A stretch of 55,603 bases of DNA, taken from positions 1 to 55,603 of IMG/VR virus record IMGVR_UViG_3300041991_000048. The stretch is one strand, 5' to 3'. The notes under the pieces were generated by a model that did not search any database, had not been told where the DNA came from, and saw only the letters and a list, made by a program, of their open reading frames with translations. Both the position numbers and the translations under genes were made by a program. This document shows, in pieces, positions 55,497 through 55,603 of the stretch. Source of the stretch: a virus (taxonomy: Duplodnaviria; Caudoviricetes). Numbering within the stretch: position 1 is the stretch's first letter; every line of letters starts with the position of its first letter.

Positions 55497-55603
55497 GACT
55501 TTTATCCTTTGCTACACGCTCAGGTGAATTGTCACAGGTGAGTAGAATCCCTCTACCCGACTGCGCACACCTCCTTCAAACTTCCGCTCCCAGTAGAGGA
55601 TGC

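Overview
The window is most of a lytic-type myovirus genome with two convergent arms. The + arm (1-24.6 kb) carries a Bcep781/PB1-style virion module: an unusual fibre/adaptor cluster ahead of the head genes, DUF2213 protease and scaffold, decoration protein, major capsid, neck, contractile sheath and tube, tape measure, baseplate, tail fibre and lysis genes. The - arm (24.6-55.6 kb) carries early and replication genes: resolvase-like nuclease, SNF2 helicase, DnaE-type Pol III alpha with a separate epsilon exonuclease, UvrD helicase, AEP primase, SSB and several HNH genes. It also has a nucleotide-metabolism cluster (FAD oxidoreductase, SAM methyltransferase, NodU-type carbamoyltransferase, ThyX, HAD phosphatase, NTP-pyrophosphatase-like protein). 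Terminase, portal, integrase and repressor were not seen. The strongest signal missing from the ORF track is a pair of complete type II hammerhead ribozymes on the - strand (31805-31868 and 32622-32688). Each cleavage site lies exactly 59 nt upstream of a start codon, and together they bracket an 817-nt two-gene segment whose ends could re-form a hammerhead and circularise. Other highlights are a candidate new DNA hypermodification pathway, a circularly permuted baseplate plug fused to extra domains, three paralogues of an uncharacterised ~55-aa domain, a tandem HNH protein lacking its catalytic His, and strong GTAC avoidance. All family assignments come from motif recognition by eye, not database searches.
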